A DNA stretch of 63,739 nt, counting the filler, from Octopus bimaculoides (Eukaryota): NCBI RefSeq assembly GCF_001194135.2. It is 9 parts of 9 records of this genome, joined end to end, with 100 filler letters (N's around TTAATTAATTAA, not from the genome) between each part and the next. Parts side by side here need not be neighbours in the genome. Positions count along the whole stretch, not along the records: positions 15,465 to 31,210 come from NC_068988.1; positions 31,311 to 41,543 come from NC_068998.1; 7 more parts are not named here. One strand, 5' to 3'. Of the stretch, positions 24,880 through 38,514 are shown piece after piece. Positions within the stretch are counted from its first letter, which is position 1. Each line of letters starts with the position of its first letter. A program made the position numbers and the translations under genes. The notes under the pieces were generated by a model. That model was given only the letters and a program-made list of their open reading frames with translations. It did no database searches and was not told where the DNA came from.

Positions 24880-26880
24880 ATACATCCAAGTGTGTGCATC
24901 TATTAACATAAGAATCTCAGACGGAGAATCTTTGCAATGTCGTACAATAAAAGATTGGATTTGGAGAATCCGCGTCAGTTTCTGTTGTTCTTTCTCCGTG
25001 AAACCCAATATTTCTAGGTTTTGTGCTAATTTCTTGGTATATAATCTAATTCATCCATGATGATAGATACCAATGATAATTCATAGTCAGGGTACAAGAG
25101 GTATAAGCTCCGCATTAATTCGCCATAAACGTTCCCTTTATCTTGGACTTTTAATTGCATATTCACATCCGTTGGACAATTGACCCCTGCAACATGTCTA
25201 TAGTTTGTACATAACATTCAAGAAGGTTATGGGTCTACGTCTTTTGGCTACAAGGCTCTCTTTGTTCTTAGGGATAAGAGTGGTCCGTGCAACCGTCAGC
25301 TAATCTTGTACATCTAGCTCAGTTTCTTTTTTCTATTTTAAACAGGTTCGTGAGAAGTTCCCTGTAGAATGTTTTTTTGTACCAAGTAGCTTGCTTTCAG
25401 ATCTCTCCAGTTGATTTTCCACTCAGCAGCTTCATAATGATCGTCAGAAGTATTTCATTGGTGATGTTATACGTTTTGGGAGAGGCATTTACGTAATACT
25501 CACTTCGTAGTCGTTTAACCCTGCTGCATCGCAGTTGTGTGCCCAATGTTTACATTCCAGATTTCTCTCGGTCTTCCTGAAGAGGTGCATTTACTACCTT
25601 GATGGTATCGCCTTTCATATTGGGATATACAGCTTGGGGATTTCGGGGAAACTTTCGCTTTATCATTTTTCGTTCATCTTATTTTTGACAATAACGAAGT
25701 TTTTCACTTACCGCTCGTAGATCGTGTTTGAAGGCGATAAGTTTGCCTGTGACTGTTTCTCAGCAGCAGTTCCCATACAACTTGGAAATATCTGTCCTGC
25801 AGTCGTAGCTGGAAATTCGTGAATGCATTTTAACTCTTGCATTTGATGGCAGTGTCCAACTGTCCCATCTTTCATCTTGTCCATTGTTGTTTTTTCGGAA
25901 GGAGGTAATCCAATTTGGCTCTGGGTCGATTTCTCTTAATCCCATCTGTTGGTGCACAATTACTGCGCCACAATATAACAGAACATTTATTGTCCAAAAG
26001 TTGGGAGTTTGGATTTGAGCCACTTGTTCTCTAGCAATTTCGTTGATAACGGATAACATCTGGTCAGTGGGGGTTTTTCCCAACCCGTGTCGTTATTTGC
26101 TCTCTCATGCAGTGCCTTATGTATATAATTAGTGAAATCCTGCATAAACTTCAAGCAAGCTGTAATTTTCCTATTTTATATTCCCCACTTGTTCTTATCC
26201 TAAGCGGTTGCAATATGGCCGCGTAGTGGTGGTGGTCTGTTACTGTTTGTGCTCGTCATGTTCCCTGTCGTTCACTTTCTCTTCGCGGAAAAAGTCTGCT
26301 GCGTTGATAATACGAGTATTATCATTTGTACATTTTGGCAGAGTGATTTTTTTTTTTTTTTTTTTTTTTGGTCAGGTGACATATTTCCTTTCCACAAATG
26401 TAGCTTGCTGGTGTAAATGTTATGCTGAAAAATTTGAGAATGTTGGCTATTTCTTGTCCCAATAATCTTTAAGTCTCTTCTTGTAGTCTATCGAGGGATC
26501 ATCCCTAGCCTTTCTCTAGAATTGATATAGCTCTTGGTTCAGTTCAAAATCCACTGGAATTTTTCTCGATAGATCTGCGATCTGCGATAGCTGACTCTGG
26601 GTTCTTTCGTCACTATGGTGTATGGATAGTAATTTTTCCACCTGGTTTGTATTTCATTGTTTGATTACTACTACGATCTTTTTCATAAAAGATTGGTTCT
26701 TTGCATTTACTCAAAAAATAAATAAATAAATAATCATTTCTTTTAATAGATTTTCTAAAAGCAAATTCACTTCTGATAAAAGGTGTATAAAAAGCAAGCC
26801 TGCCTAGTGTTTCCCCGTATCAGATTCACAGACGCCCGTTTCTGGCTCTTCAACTTTCTTCGATGGAAGCGACCGAAGAG
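24880..26880 (-). mobile_element. Degenerate R4/Dong-type (RLE) non-LTR retrotransposon, N-terminal region to RT
   Basis: LTVARTTLIPKNKESLVAKRRRPITFLNVMYKL*TCC (about 25195-25300); a QGDS-like remnant near 24920; N-terminal segment TDQMLSVINEIAREQ..LLYCGAV. Confidence 0.7.
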
Positions 26881-27308
26881 AGAGAGAACCCTGGTAGATT
26901 CAAAACACCAACTGTAACTAAAAAAGAATCAGCATTAGTGACTGAGATGCGCTAGTGAACCGCCTGGTCGGAATTAAAATAGCAGCGTTAAGCAGTGATT
27001 AGGAATAAACGAACTGTTTGCCTAGAAAGAATATTGTCTCATACAATAATAACTTTGTTTACATTCGGAGGAAGACGGAGCTCGTTCCGGCAGCAGTGAA
27101 TGAGAATTAGGGATGTATTCCTGGTTTGTTTCTAGCGTTGGCAACAACACGTACTATTCACAGCCAAACGCAGACTTAGAATAAATTTGTCAGCGCAATG
27201 TTTTCTGTGGTTCATTACTGGTCTTCTTCTCAGTCGCTTTTGTAAACGTGATAAGACGGAAGAAACGCCGGATCTTTCTGATTTGACGAGCAACACTTGT
27301 TTTCTTAA

Positions 27309-28012
27309 CGAAACACTTTCAAACTTGGGATACTGGTAGAATGTGTCATATAAAACAACTTTTCATTTTAGCCTTCTTAACAAAAAATTGCACTTCGCAA
27401 GTTATTTCATGCTAAAGTTGTCGTTATTTCTGTAATTTCAACCAATCACTGACGTCTATTCAGCTGAATACAGTTACTGCTGTTTTGTAAACAATAATTT
27501 TTTGCCGGTGAGAAAAATGTTAATCCCTTGTTGGCATATTTCATCCGGTTTTTTGGTTTGTTTTCTTTTGAAGCAGACAAAATTACAGAAAAATGGTAAT
27601 TTATACGCATATATTGTTTATATAATAAATTACGCTGTGCGTATCTGTGTTTGTAACAATTTTTCGCTAGTACTCAGTAACACATTTTCTAAATGATGGT
27701 AGAGTTTGATTTGAAGAAGATTTGGCTGCTATTTCTAGGAAATGAAGCACTTGGTGGAGGTGCATTAATAATTCTGCCAGCTCCAATAACAAGTGCAGGC
27801 AATATTCAAGTATTTTGATGACTTTTTCCTCTTGGGGATTAATACCATATACATCGCCACAGCAGTAACTGTATTCAACTGAATAGACGTCAGTGATTGG
27901 TTGAAATTATCGAAATAAGACAATTTTTAACATGAAATAACTTCGAATACAAAAACTTTTATCTGTTCTATAAAACAAAATATACAAGTATACGAAGTTT
28001 GAAAGTGTTTCG
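27309..28012. mobile_element. Non-autonomous DNA transposon (MITE) with about 175-bp TIRs
   Basis: cgaaacactttcaaactt...aaccaatcactgacgtctattcagctgaatacagttactgctgt (27309-27483) is mirrored at 27859-28012. Superfamily not determined. Confidence 0.8.
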
Positions 28013-28352
28013 GTACCAAAAACACTACATAAAACATAAATGAAAAATGTTGACCGTCAAATCAGGAAGATCCGAAACGCCGCTGAGCATTTTGTCCGGC
28101 ACGGTAACGATTCTGCCAGTTTTTCGCCTTACTTGCGGGGCATGCATTGACCGTTGATTAACGAAACACGAAACAGTCCAAACAGACCAGGTGGGGATTG
28201 AAGAGAGAGAGAGAGAGAGGAGTGAGGAGAGGAAAGTGACCAGATGTGTCGGTAGACTATCAAAGCAATACATACTATACACTTGCCCTTGTACATCTCC
28301 AGTCAACTGCTTAAAGGCCAAAATAATAACAGTAGCAACAACAATAATAAAG

Positions 28353-28388
<36 letters not shown>

Positions 28389-28574
28389 GTGGGGTTGGGT
28401 TGTAATTCTGCACCAGATTGACCAACGTCGTTGAAAACATTTGTGAATTTGCTGCTCATCACGTGTTCCAGGTCCCAGAGTGAAGGGAGAACGGATCGTG
28501 TGCCAAATGGCCGGAAACTCGAGCCACATTGCTGTTATCATAGAAATACGAGTAGTAGTCATAGCAGCAGCAAC

Positions 28575-28637
<63 letters not shown>

Positions 28638-29995
28638 TGAGGTAGAGAAAGAGTCACAGAAGTGATGAGGAAATAACCGATTACTTATAACAGCATTCGA
28701 AACATGTTTAATGGGTTTTGATGATGAGTAATAGAAGAGAAAAATAACACGACAGAGATGATGATGGTGATGATGATGATGAGGATGAGGATGAGGATGA
28801 GGATGAGGATGATGATGATGAGGAGGAGGAGGAGGAGGAGGAGGAGGAAAGAGCTGGAGGAGGAGGGCGACGACGACGATGAAGGTAACGAGGAAGAAGA
28901 GATGAGGAGGAGGAAGAAGAGAAGAGGAGGGGAGGAGGATAAAGTGAAGGAGGAGGAGGAGATGATGTTGATGATTGAGCTGATCTCTGCATGTAGTGGC
29001 GTGAAAGGTGAAGTAAAACCGGACATGTTCCTTTATTGTTAGACCTCTTCAGCGATGCGTATTATAACTCGTACACACCAGACGCTGAATTATTTGAAAG
29101 AGCAAAATCTTTGAGTGAAAACAAGTTAGGCGTTATGTACCATCAAATGTGCCTTTTAAAAAATGGTAGGGTATGACTGCTGTGTATATAGCATGTCGAA
29201 ATAAGTTTGGCATTGAATTGCAGGTACACGGGTTTCCTCGCAATTTCTGTGGATCCTGTTAAATTTCACCCCAAAGGTGTGGATCGATCGAAAGGTAAAA
29301 ACCATTTACCCAAAAGCCATACGCGACAATGGGATGGAACCGGAGAACTTAAAGCTGCAACGCAAACTTCTTAACCCCACAGCTATTGGTAAAAGGAAAA
29401 CAAAAACAAAAAGAACACATTAACTATATAAAAAAAAAAAAGAAAACATTCAGTGAAACAGATCTCAAAGCTATTCGGCCATGCTTGCGATTGTTTGTGG
29501 CTAAGACTAAACAACACGAACGACGACAACAAAATAACATCAATACAAGTAATTTAAACCAGACTAAAAGACAAAAAATAACAACCCCCGTTCCGCCAAA
29601 TAGAAAAAACACAAGCAAGAAAAACAAAGCTAATCCACATTCACCCATCTCTCCTTTATAGTTTAAACACCTCTACAACTATTACTACCACTACTACTAC
29701 AACTACTATCAACACGCCACCTCCCACTCTCGCCTTCCTTACTTATTGCGCCGAAGCCAAACGCCGACGATCTTTTCTCTAAACTCTTGATTGCTGCTCC
29801 TCAAAGACTAATTATCTTATCATATGCACTCGTCACGGCTGACTGCCGGGAGCCGTCCAACAACGCTATGTAGTGACACTTCCGGTTGATTCTGCTTTCG
29901 CGATCATTGATAGCGGTTTGGCCTTTTTACAACGCTGTACAACTAACGAAAACAAACAGGCCGACAGGCCCGTCACGCTATATATATATATACAA

Positions 29996-30032
<37 letters not shown>

Positions 30033-30899
30033 NNNNNNNNNNNNNNNNNNNNNNNNNNNNNNNNNNNNNNNNNNNNNNNNNNNNNNNNNNNNNNNNNNNN
30101 NNNNNNNNNNNNNNNNNNNNNNNNNNNNNNNNNNNNNNNNNNNNNNNNNNNNNNNNNNNNNNNNNNNNNNNNNNNNNNNNNNNNNNNNNNNNNNNNNNNN
30201 NNNNNNNNNNNNNNNNNNNNNNNNNNNNNNNNNNNNNNNNNNNNTATATATATATATATATGCATACATACATATTCACATATGCACACATACAAACACA
30301 CATTAATACATATGTGTGTAGGTATGTGTGTGCGTGTGTGTGTGTGTGTGCGTGTGTGTGTAGGTATTCATGTATTTGTGTTTGTGTGTCATGCGTGTTT
30401 GTAAATATGGTAATCGAGCAAGCAATTGGCTTTTCAGTGAACGAGGTCAAATGTCAATAGACAGCTGTTCCACAAGAATGATGATGGCGATGGCATTGAT
30501 GTGAATGGTTGCTAAGGTGGTGGTGGCGGGGATGACAGTGGTAGTGGTAGGGGCGAGTGTCTATCGTGGTGGTCATGGAGAGGTGATGATCGTCATGGTC
30601 GTCATCGCGATGAGGGGATGGGGACAAAAGAAGCCACGAACATGATAAAGCTGTGGTTGTAGATGACAATGACGGCAATGATTATGTCTAGACGATGACG
30701 ACGACGACAACGACTACGACGGCGACGATGATGATGATGATGATGATGATGACGATAAATTAATGAGTGATTCTTTTCTCAGCGAATATAACATCATTTC
30801 TTTTTGTTAATATTTAATTTTACACAAAGGCGATATAGTTGATAATCGATGGTTCCTGTTATTATTATTATTGTTATTATTATTATTATTATTATTATT

Positions 30900-31010
30900 G
30901 AGTGAGAGAGCAGTGCATGCCATCAAAGTGACACTGGGGTAAAATATACGAAGCCCATTATACCCATCATGACTACCCGTCTGATAAGGGTACACCAGGC
31001 ACGTGCATCA
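30900..31010 (-). mobile_element. 3-prime end of a retroelement with (AAT)n tail (30859-30899)
   Basis: Reverse complement ends ...gcatgcactgctctctcactc-(aat)n and abuts an oppositely oriented RLE 3-prime end. Confidence 0.55.
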
Positions 31011-31147
31011 CTAGGCGCCGCACACATCCTACGTTAAACACTTTCAATACAGTAACCATAAGAGCATCACAACAAACCACAGCACATAACTAAGGCACAC
31101 AGCTGCGCTCGGTAGTGCAGTGAAAGCACGCTATAAAAATAAAACTA

Positions 31148-31150
<3 letters not shown>
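31005..31150 (+). mobile_element. 3-prime end of an R4/Dong-type element with (AAT)n tail
   Basis: ASLGAAHILR*TLSIQ* matches the RLE C-terminal ALLGTAHILRKVL motif, followed by a short UTR and (AAT)n at 31151-31210. Confidence 0.65.
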
Positions 31151-31210
<60 letters not shown>

Positions 31211-31704
31211 NNNNNNNNNNNNNNNNNNNNNNNNNNNNNNNNNNNNNNNNNNNNTTAATTAATTAANNNNNNNNNNNNNNNNNNNNNNNNNNNNNNNNNN
31301 NNNNNNNNNNATATATATATATATATATATACGTACGTACGTCTGTATATTTGTGCGTATATATGCACGTATGTATATGTAGGCATGTATGTATATATGT
31401 ATGTATGGCAGGGATGAGGTTTCTAATGTTGATGCCTGTACAATTACTTGTGTTTTCTGATAGGGGCCGACATTTCTACGGTGAATATTATTTAAGTAAA
31501 AGGCGTGAATTATATACACATCAATGGATGTGCAGAGATAAAGGACTGAATTTTTCAAGTTGACACCCATCCATCCATCCATACATACATACATGCATGC
31601 ATACATACATACATACATACATACATATACATACATACATACATACATACATACAGCATGCTTACATACATACAAACACATACATAAATGTACATGTATA
31701 ACCA

Positions 31705-31769
<65 letters not shown>

Positions 31770-31883
31770 CTGTATATATGTATATATGTATGTGTGTGAG
31801 TGAGAGAGTGTGTGTGTGAGAGAGAGAGATAGTGTGTATGTATGTGTGTTTGTGAGAGAGAATGCGTGTACGGATGTGTGTTC

Positions 31884-31922
<39 letters not shown>

Positions 31923-32906
31923 ATTACCGTAACTTAGCGGTTTAGCGGTTTGACGGTAGGAAATCGATAGAATAAGTAAAAAAAAAAAGTACTGAGCTCT
32001 TTTTTATCAACTAAAACCTTAAAGGAGGTACTCCAGCTGCGCCGCAGTGAAACAAAATGTTAAGAGGATATATATATATATATATGTATNNNNNNNNNNN
32101 NNNNNNNNNNNNNNNNNNNNNNNNNNNNNNNNNNNNNNNNNNNNNNNNNNNNNNNNNNNNNNNNNNNNNNNNNNNNNNNNNNNNNNNNNNNNNNNNNNNN
32201 NNNNNNNNNNNNNNNNNNNNNNNNNNNNNNNNNNNNNNNNNNNNNNNNNNNNNNNNNNNNNNNNNNNNNNNNNNNNNNNNNNNNNNNNNNNNNNNNNNNN
32301 NNNNNNNNNNNNNNNNNNNNNNNNNNNNNNNNNNNNNNNNNNNNNNNNNNNNNNNNNNNNNNNNNNNNNNNNNNNNNNNNNNNNNNNNNNNNNNNNNNNN
32401 NNNNNNNNNNNNNNNNNNNNNNNNNNNNNNNNNNNNNNNNNNNNNNNNNNNNNNNNNNNNNNNNNNNNNNNNNNNNNNNNNNNNNNNNNNNNNNNNNNNN
32501 NNNNNNNNNNNNNNNNNNNNNNNNNNNNNNNNNNNNNNNNNNNNNNNNNNNNNNNNNNNNNNNNNNNNNNNNNNNNNNNNNNNNNNNNNNNNNNNNNNNN
32601 NNNNNNNNNNNNNNNNNNNNNNNNNNNNNNNNNNNNNNNNNNNNNNNNNNNNNNNNNNNNNNNNNNNNNNNNNNNNNNNNNNNNNNNNNNNNNNNNNNNN
32701 NNNNNNNNNNNNNNNNNNNNNNNNNNNNNNNNNNNNNNNNNNNNNNNNNNNNNNNNNNNNNNNNNNNNNNNNNNNNNNNNNNNNNNNNNNNNNNNNNNNN
32801 NNNNNNNNNNNNNNNNNNNNNNNNNNNNNNNNNNNNNNNNNNNNNNNNNNNNNNNNNNNNNNNNNNNNNNNNNNNNNNNNNNNNNNNNNNNNNNNNNNNN
32901 NNNNNN

Positions 32907-32940
<34 letters not shown>

Positions 32941-33269
32941 GCATAGATACACATGTGTGCGTTCGGGGATATTAACCTAAATCTGATCGCGAGGAAAAAC
33001 AATGTGTACGAAGCTGCACAGGTACGCATGTGTTTAGGTGATAATGATTTTCAGCCCCGCTAAATTCTCTCCAGGTGTCTGGTTTTAGAAGAAGATTTAG
33101 CCGTGGATTATGGGTCAGAGGGCAATGAATGTTTGCGTAACCAGGGTATCATTGTGTAGCTACCTCTTGGTAACCGAGTCATTTTTTATGCTACACCTAT
33201 ACCCCGTACCGCTAATCAACCGACACCGCTGTAACTGCCTTGCTGGAAGATAAAGAGACAATTAAATGA

Positions 33270-33302
<33 letters not shown>

Positions 33303-33393
33303 CTTATACATATAATATATATGTATGCACATATACGTATGCATGTATACATGTATATATATACATATATATATATATGCTTACACACACACA

Positions 33394-33446
<53 letters not shown>

Positions 33447-33533
33447 TTGCATATATACTTATATAGATATACATACACAAATTAATGGATAAACCAAAGC
33501 GATTGTATTTTTGGTATTAGTTCTTTTAACGTT

Positions 33534-33644
<111 letters not shown>

Positions 33645-33938
33645 TTTGGGTAGCTCTTTCTGCCAATAAAAGACACGCCTTGGCTGCATTTCGCCTGAGC
33701 TTTATAATGAATTACTTAAATGATTAACATATTAATTGACTGTTTGATTAATTAATTAGTTTTTGAAAGTCTTTGATCCTATCCTATGACCGTATCGATC
33801 ACGAATTTCCGCCCAACTACATCTTCGTTGTGGCATACACTCACAACCTGCTCTTCGCTAGAATTACAGAATCTGGTAGGCATTTAAAAAAAAATTCTGG
33901 TACATATAACGTTTAAAACATGTGTATATACGTATAAT

Positions 33939-34564
33939 TATTCGGTCGTCAAGTATGAAATTTGTAGTAAGGCATATGGTAAATTTTGACAGCAGCTCAT
34001 TTTGAGCCATTATTATGTTTTGCCAATCTTTGTTTTTTATTAGAAAGCTGACGCATCCATTTCTTTATTCGAGCTCATTTTGCGCTTTATAAAGTATTTA
34101 TAGATCGTTTTCCGTTTTGTTTGCTATTTTTATTTAAAGATGGATAAGTCGGAAATTCGTACAGTTTTGAAATATGAGTTCTTTCTTGGAAATACAGCAT
34201 CACAGACAGCTCGGAATGTTAATGGAGGATTTCATTTGCAAAATTTCATTCTGCTAACTTTGACCTCACAAATGAGCAACGCGGCCGACCAGAAACAAAG
34301 GTGGATAATGACGAACTGAAAGCCACCGTCGAGTCAGATCCATCTCAAAGTGCCCGTGAATTATTGTTGTTGTTTGGTGTTAGCAAGCAAACAATATCGG
34401 TAAAGTGAAAAAGTTGGATAAGTGGGTTCCAAAGGAACTCAATGAAAATCAGAAACAGCAACGTTTGGAAGCCTGCATTCTGCTACTTTCTCGTCACAAA
34501 AAGGAATCATTTTTGAATCGAATTGTAACATGTGATGAGAAATGGATCCAATACAACAACCGTA
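33939..34564 (+). mobile_element. 3-prime-truncated mariner transposase relic
   Basis: TA-TTCGGTCGTC left end; ATG at 34140: MDKSEIRTVLKYEF..RGRPETKVDNDELKATVESDPSQSAREL..KKLDKWVPKELNENQK..FLNRIVTCDEKWI. Has the WVPHEL-like linker and the first D of DD34D. Confidence 0.9.
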
Positions 34565-36219
34565 TACGTGCATGTGTGCGTGTGTACATATACCTATATC
34601 TATTTGTATATTCACCGCGTGTTAGGCGTCACAATGCGGTTGTTGTATTAAATTAGGTGTGTAGATATGTATATATATATTTATANNNNNNNNNNNNNNN
34701 NNNNNNNNNNNNNNNNNNNNNNNTATATAAAAGGAACAGAGATATTACCACTACTATCATTGCCACTAGAATAGCACTACTAGAGATATACAGCTATACT
34801 ACACTGTCATTACCATACCAATACTACGACCACTACTACTATCACCACTAACAACACCTTCACCACTGCAACCACTCTCACCACAACCACCACAACTATC
34901 ATCACTTTCATGCCTCAACTACCACCTGAGCCGTCATCATCCCCACCAACACTACCATTAATACTGCCACCACAACCAGTACTACTACCACTATCACCAC
35001 CACCAACAACAACAACAACACTACCACTACCACCACCATCACTACCACCATCACCTCCGTACCTCAACTACCACCACTATCACCTTTACCAACACCACCG
35101 CTCATACTACCACCACAACCAGTATTACCACCCCTACCACAACCACCACTACCATACATCAACTACCACCACAGCCATCTTCATCGTCACCACCTTCACC
35201 TTTGCCGACACCACCACAATCACACACCGCTAATACTACCACCACAACTAGCATTGACATTACCATCGTTACCACCACCACCACCACCACCACCGCCACT
35301 ACTATCATTAACCCCCACTGCCACCGCTACGATACTACCTCCTATACAGTATTAATCAGTGACTATTGTTTCAACTCCTCTAAGTTCACATACAATCAAT
35401 ATTTAAGATTCATTTCAAACGGCGTTTTAATTCATTTTTAATTAGGTATTGTTTAATTAGGTTGGATTAACAATAGAGCCGTACAAAAGTGATTGGTGAT
35501 GGTATGGNNNNNNNNNNNNNNNNNNNNNNNNNNNNNNNNNNNNNNNNNNNNNNNNNNNNNNNNNNNNNNNNNNNNNNNNNNNNNNNNNNNNNNNNNNNNN
35601 NNNNGGTATGGGTGGGTGGGGGTGCAGTAGTAGTGGTGGTCGTGGCTGTGGTGGCAGTGAAAATGGTTTTGGTGATGATGATGATGATAATAGTGGTAGG
35701 GGTGATGGTGGTGGTGGTGGTGGTAGTGGCTGTCGCGGCAGTGATAATGGTTGTGGTGATGGTGACGATAATAGTGGTAGAGGAGGTGATGGTGGTGGGG
35801 GGTAATACGGATGGTGGCCGTCATCGTTGTGGAAACATGGTAACAGTGGTCGTGGTTGTGGTGATTGCTATAGCGGAAACGATGATGATGATGATGGCGA
35901 TAGTGATAATGGCGGTGGTGATGAGGTGGGCATCGTCGTCATCGTAATGTAATATTGGTGAGGGTGGCGGCGGTGGTGGTGCTGGTGGTGTGTAGTGACG
36001 GTGGTATAGTTGCGGTGGTGGTAATAAGTGTGGTTGTGCTGATTTTTGGCAGTGGCGGAGGCGATGGAATTTTGTTGGCGATTATTTGTCTTGGTAACGA
36101 CAGGGACGTTTATTTCGTGAAATCTGGAAGAAGAATTTGAACTCAGAATCAGAGAAATTCAAAGGAAATTATTTCAACCATTTTATCCATTGCTCCCATT
36201 CTGCCAAACACTATTGCTG

Positions 36220-36320
36220 CTTATGCTGCTGATGCTATTTTTGCTGCTGCGCTTCTTCTTGTTGTTATTACTGCTGCTACTGCTATTTTTTGCTGCTCTT
36301 CTTGTTGCTGTTGCTGTTGC

Positions 36321-36393
<73 letters not shown>

Positions 36394-36680
36394 ATTGCTG
36401 CTGCTGCAGTTGCTGCTGCTGCAGTTGCTGCTGCTGCAGTTGCTGCTGCTGCTGCTGTTGGTGTTGTTGCTGATGTTGTTGTCGCTGTTGTTGTTGTTTC
36501 TGTTGTTTTTGTTGTTGTTGATACTGCTGCTGCTGCTGTTGTTGCTGTTGTGCTGTTGTTGTTGTTGTTGTTGTTGATGCTGTTGTTGTTGCTGCTGCTA
36601 CTGCTGCTGCTGCTGTTGCTGTTGCTGCTACTGCTGCTGCTGCTGCTGTTGTTGTCGTTGTTGTTGTTGTTGTTTATTCC
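36220..36680. repeat. (GTT)n/(GCT)n trinucleotide compound repeat
   Basis: Directly visible; source of the poly-L/V/T/N pseudo-ORFs. Confidence 0.9.
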
Positions 36681-36949
36681 TAAGTAATTCTTGATACAAC
36701 AGATCCGCAGCTTATATTTCTTTTCCAACTATGATAGATCCTCCGTCATTATCCACGAAGTAGCCGAGATCGTAACGTTCCCTCTGACCGGGACACCAGT
36801 TTACTGATTTACAGCAATGAATTGAAGCAACGTGAAATAAAGTGAACAACCCAGTCCAGGAATCGAAATCATGATCTTATTATTATGATTGCAACGGCCT
36901 AAACACTAAAACACGAGACATCACGAATATGATAGTGATGTGGCTAATA

Positions 36950-37150
36950 TTAGCTTCAAATTTTGGCACAAAAGTAGCAATTTTGAGTGAGGGCGCTAGT
37001 AGTCGATTACACCGACCACAGTGCCTAGCTGGTAGTTATTTTTACGACACCGAAAGGATTAAAGTCAAAGTCGACCTCGGAAAAATTCGAACTCAGAGCA
37101 TAAAGACGGACAAAACGCCGCAAAGCATTTAGCCCGGCTTGCTAATGATG
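36950..37150 (-). mobile_element. SINE, family B
   Basis: gtcgattacaccgacc...aaagtcgacctcgg...ttcgaactcagagc...aagcatttagcccggc. Confidence 0.7.
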
Positions 37151-37860
37151 CTTTGCTGTTGACTGTGGTGATAAGGATGATCATGATGGTGTTGATGTTG
37201 ATGTTGCATTATATCGAAGGTGTGGGAAGTCGTGTTAAACACTCCGCAATATCTGCCGACAGGTAGATTTCAACTCAGTACTTCGAAACAGACGTGAAAA
37301 TTACAGTATTCCTAGCTTTGCAGAGCCGAGTTATTTCTCGTCCTTGTGGTTGCTATTCACGCTGTTTACGTCTCGACGGTCGACACCATTTGTTAATCAA
37401 GTCACATTTGAAAATTAAAATCTAGATTGCAGGCACGAGTTTGTGTCTTGTCAGTAGCACAGCGCAAACTGCGGATTTGTCCGGTACAGATCCATTAACA
37501 TAGAAAAGGGGAAACCATCCATGAATAAATTCTAATAATGTTGAAATCGAATGAAATTTGACTCAACAAATAATTGAACACAGATATATATCGGAATTCG
37601 ATCAATGAGCCAATGAACGTCCAAGAAGACAAGCCAACAAACAAACCAACCAACCAAACGTCCGATTGATCGATCATGGAATTGTCTAATACATACATAT
37701 ATACATACATACAGTCTTGCTTGCATACATGCACATATACAAGCAGCCATATATGCATGTATACATGCATACATACATACATATATCTCTATATATATAT
37801 ATGCATATATATATCTATACACATAGATATACATTCATACATATACATATATATATGTAC

Positions 37861-37944
<84 letters not shown>

Positions 37945-38377
37945 ATATGTATATGGTATTCACCACCACCGTCACCACCATAGCTTCAGATCGAACGTAC
38001 CTACCTTCCTTCCTACCAACTAATTGCATTAGAATACATCCGATAGTTTGCCACGCTAAATGGTTTCCGTTTCCGGTTTAATGACAACAGTTACACAGTC
38101 AATGACAACAATTAAATAATTAAATAGACAAATAAACAAACTGGAACGAACGAAGAAATACATCAATAAACAAGATAATTGCTTTAATTACTAATACTTA
38201 TCTTTTCTCTGCTGCTGCTGCTGCTGCTGCTGCTGGTGTGGCTGGTGGTACTACGAGGAAAGCAACGATTGCTGCTGCTGCCACTGCTACTATTACTACT
38301 ACTAAAACGAGGATTACTACTACTACTACAACAACTGTTATCATCATCATCATCATTACTATTATTATTATTATTAC

Positions 38378-38451
<74 letters not shown>

Positions 38452-38452
<1 letters not shown>

Positions 38453-38514
38453 GGCGGCGAGCTAGCAGAATCGTTAGCACGCCGGGCGAAACGCTTAGCC
38501 CGGTGTTTCGTCTG
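38452..38514 (+). mobile_element. SINE family B 5-prime head after (ATT)n, cut by a gap
   Basis: aaggcggcgagctagcagaatcgttagcacgccgggcgaaacgcttagc. Confidence 0.75.

Noticed and set aside
26820-26880. GAAACGGGCGTC hammerhead-like half motif on the minus strand
   Set aside because: No CUGANGA or stem II; it reads as ordinary coding-like sequence of the RLE element.
28390-28550. Unique segment between microsatellites as an exon
   Set aside because: Short open frames on both strands, no convincing splice pair or homology.
34750-36060. CAC-rich tract facing a GTG-rich tract (also 60187-60480 versus 61445-61990) as a long inverted repeat
   Set aside because: The similarity is compositional low-complexity only; no specific alignment is seen.
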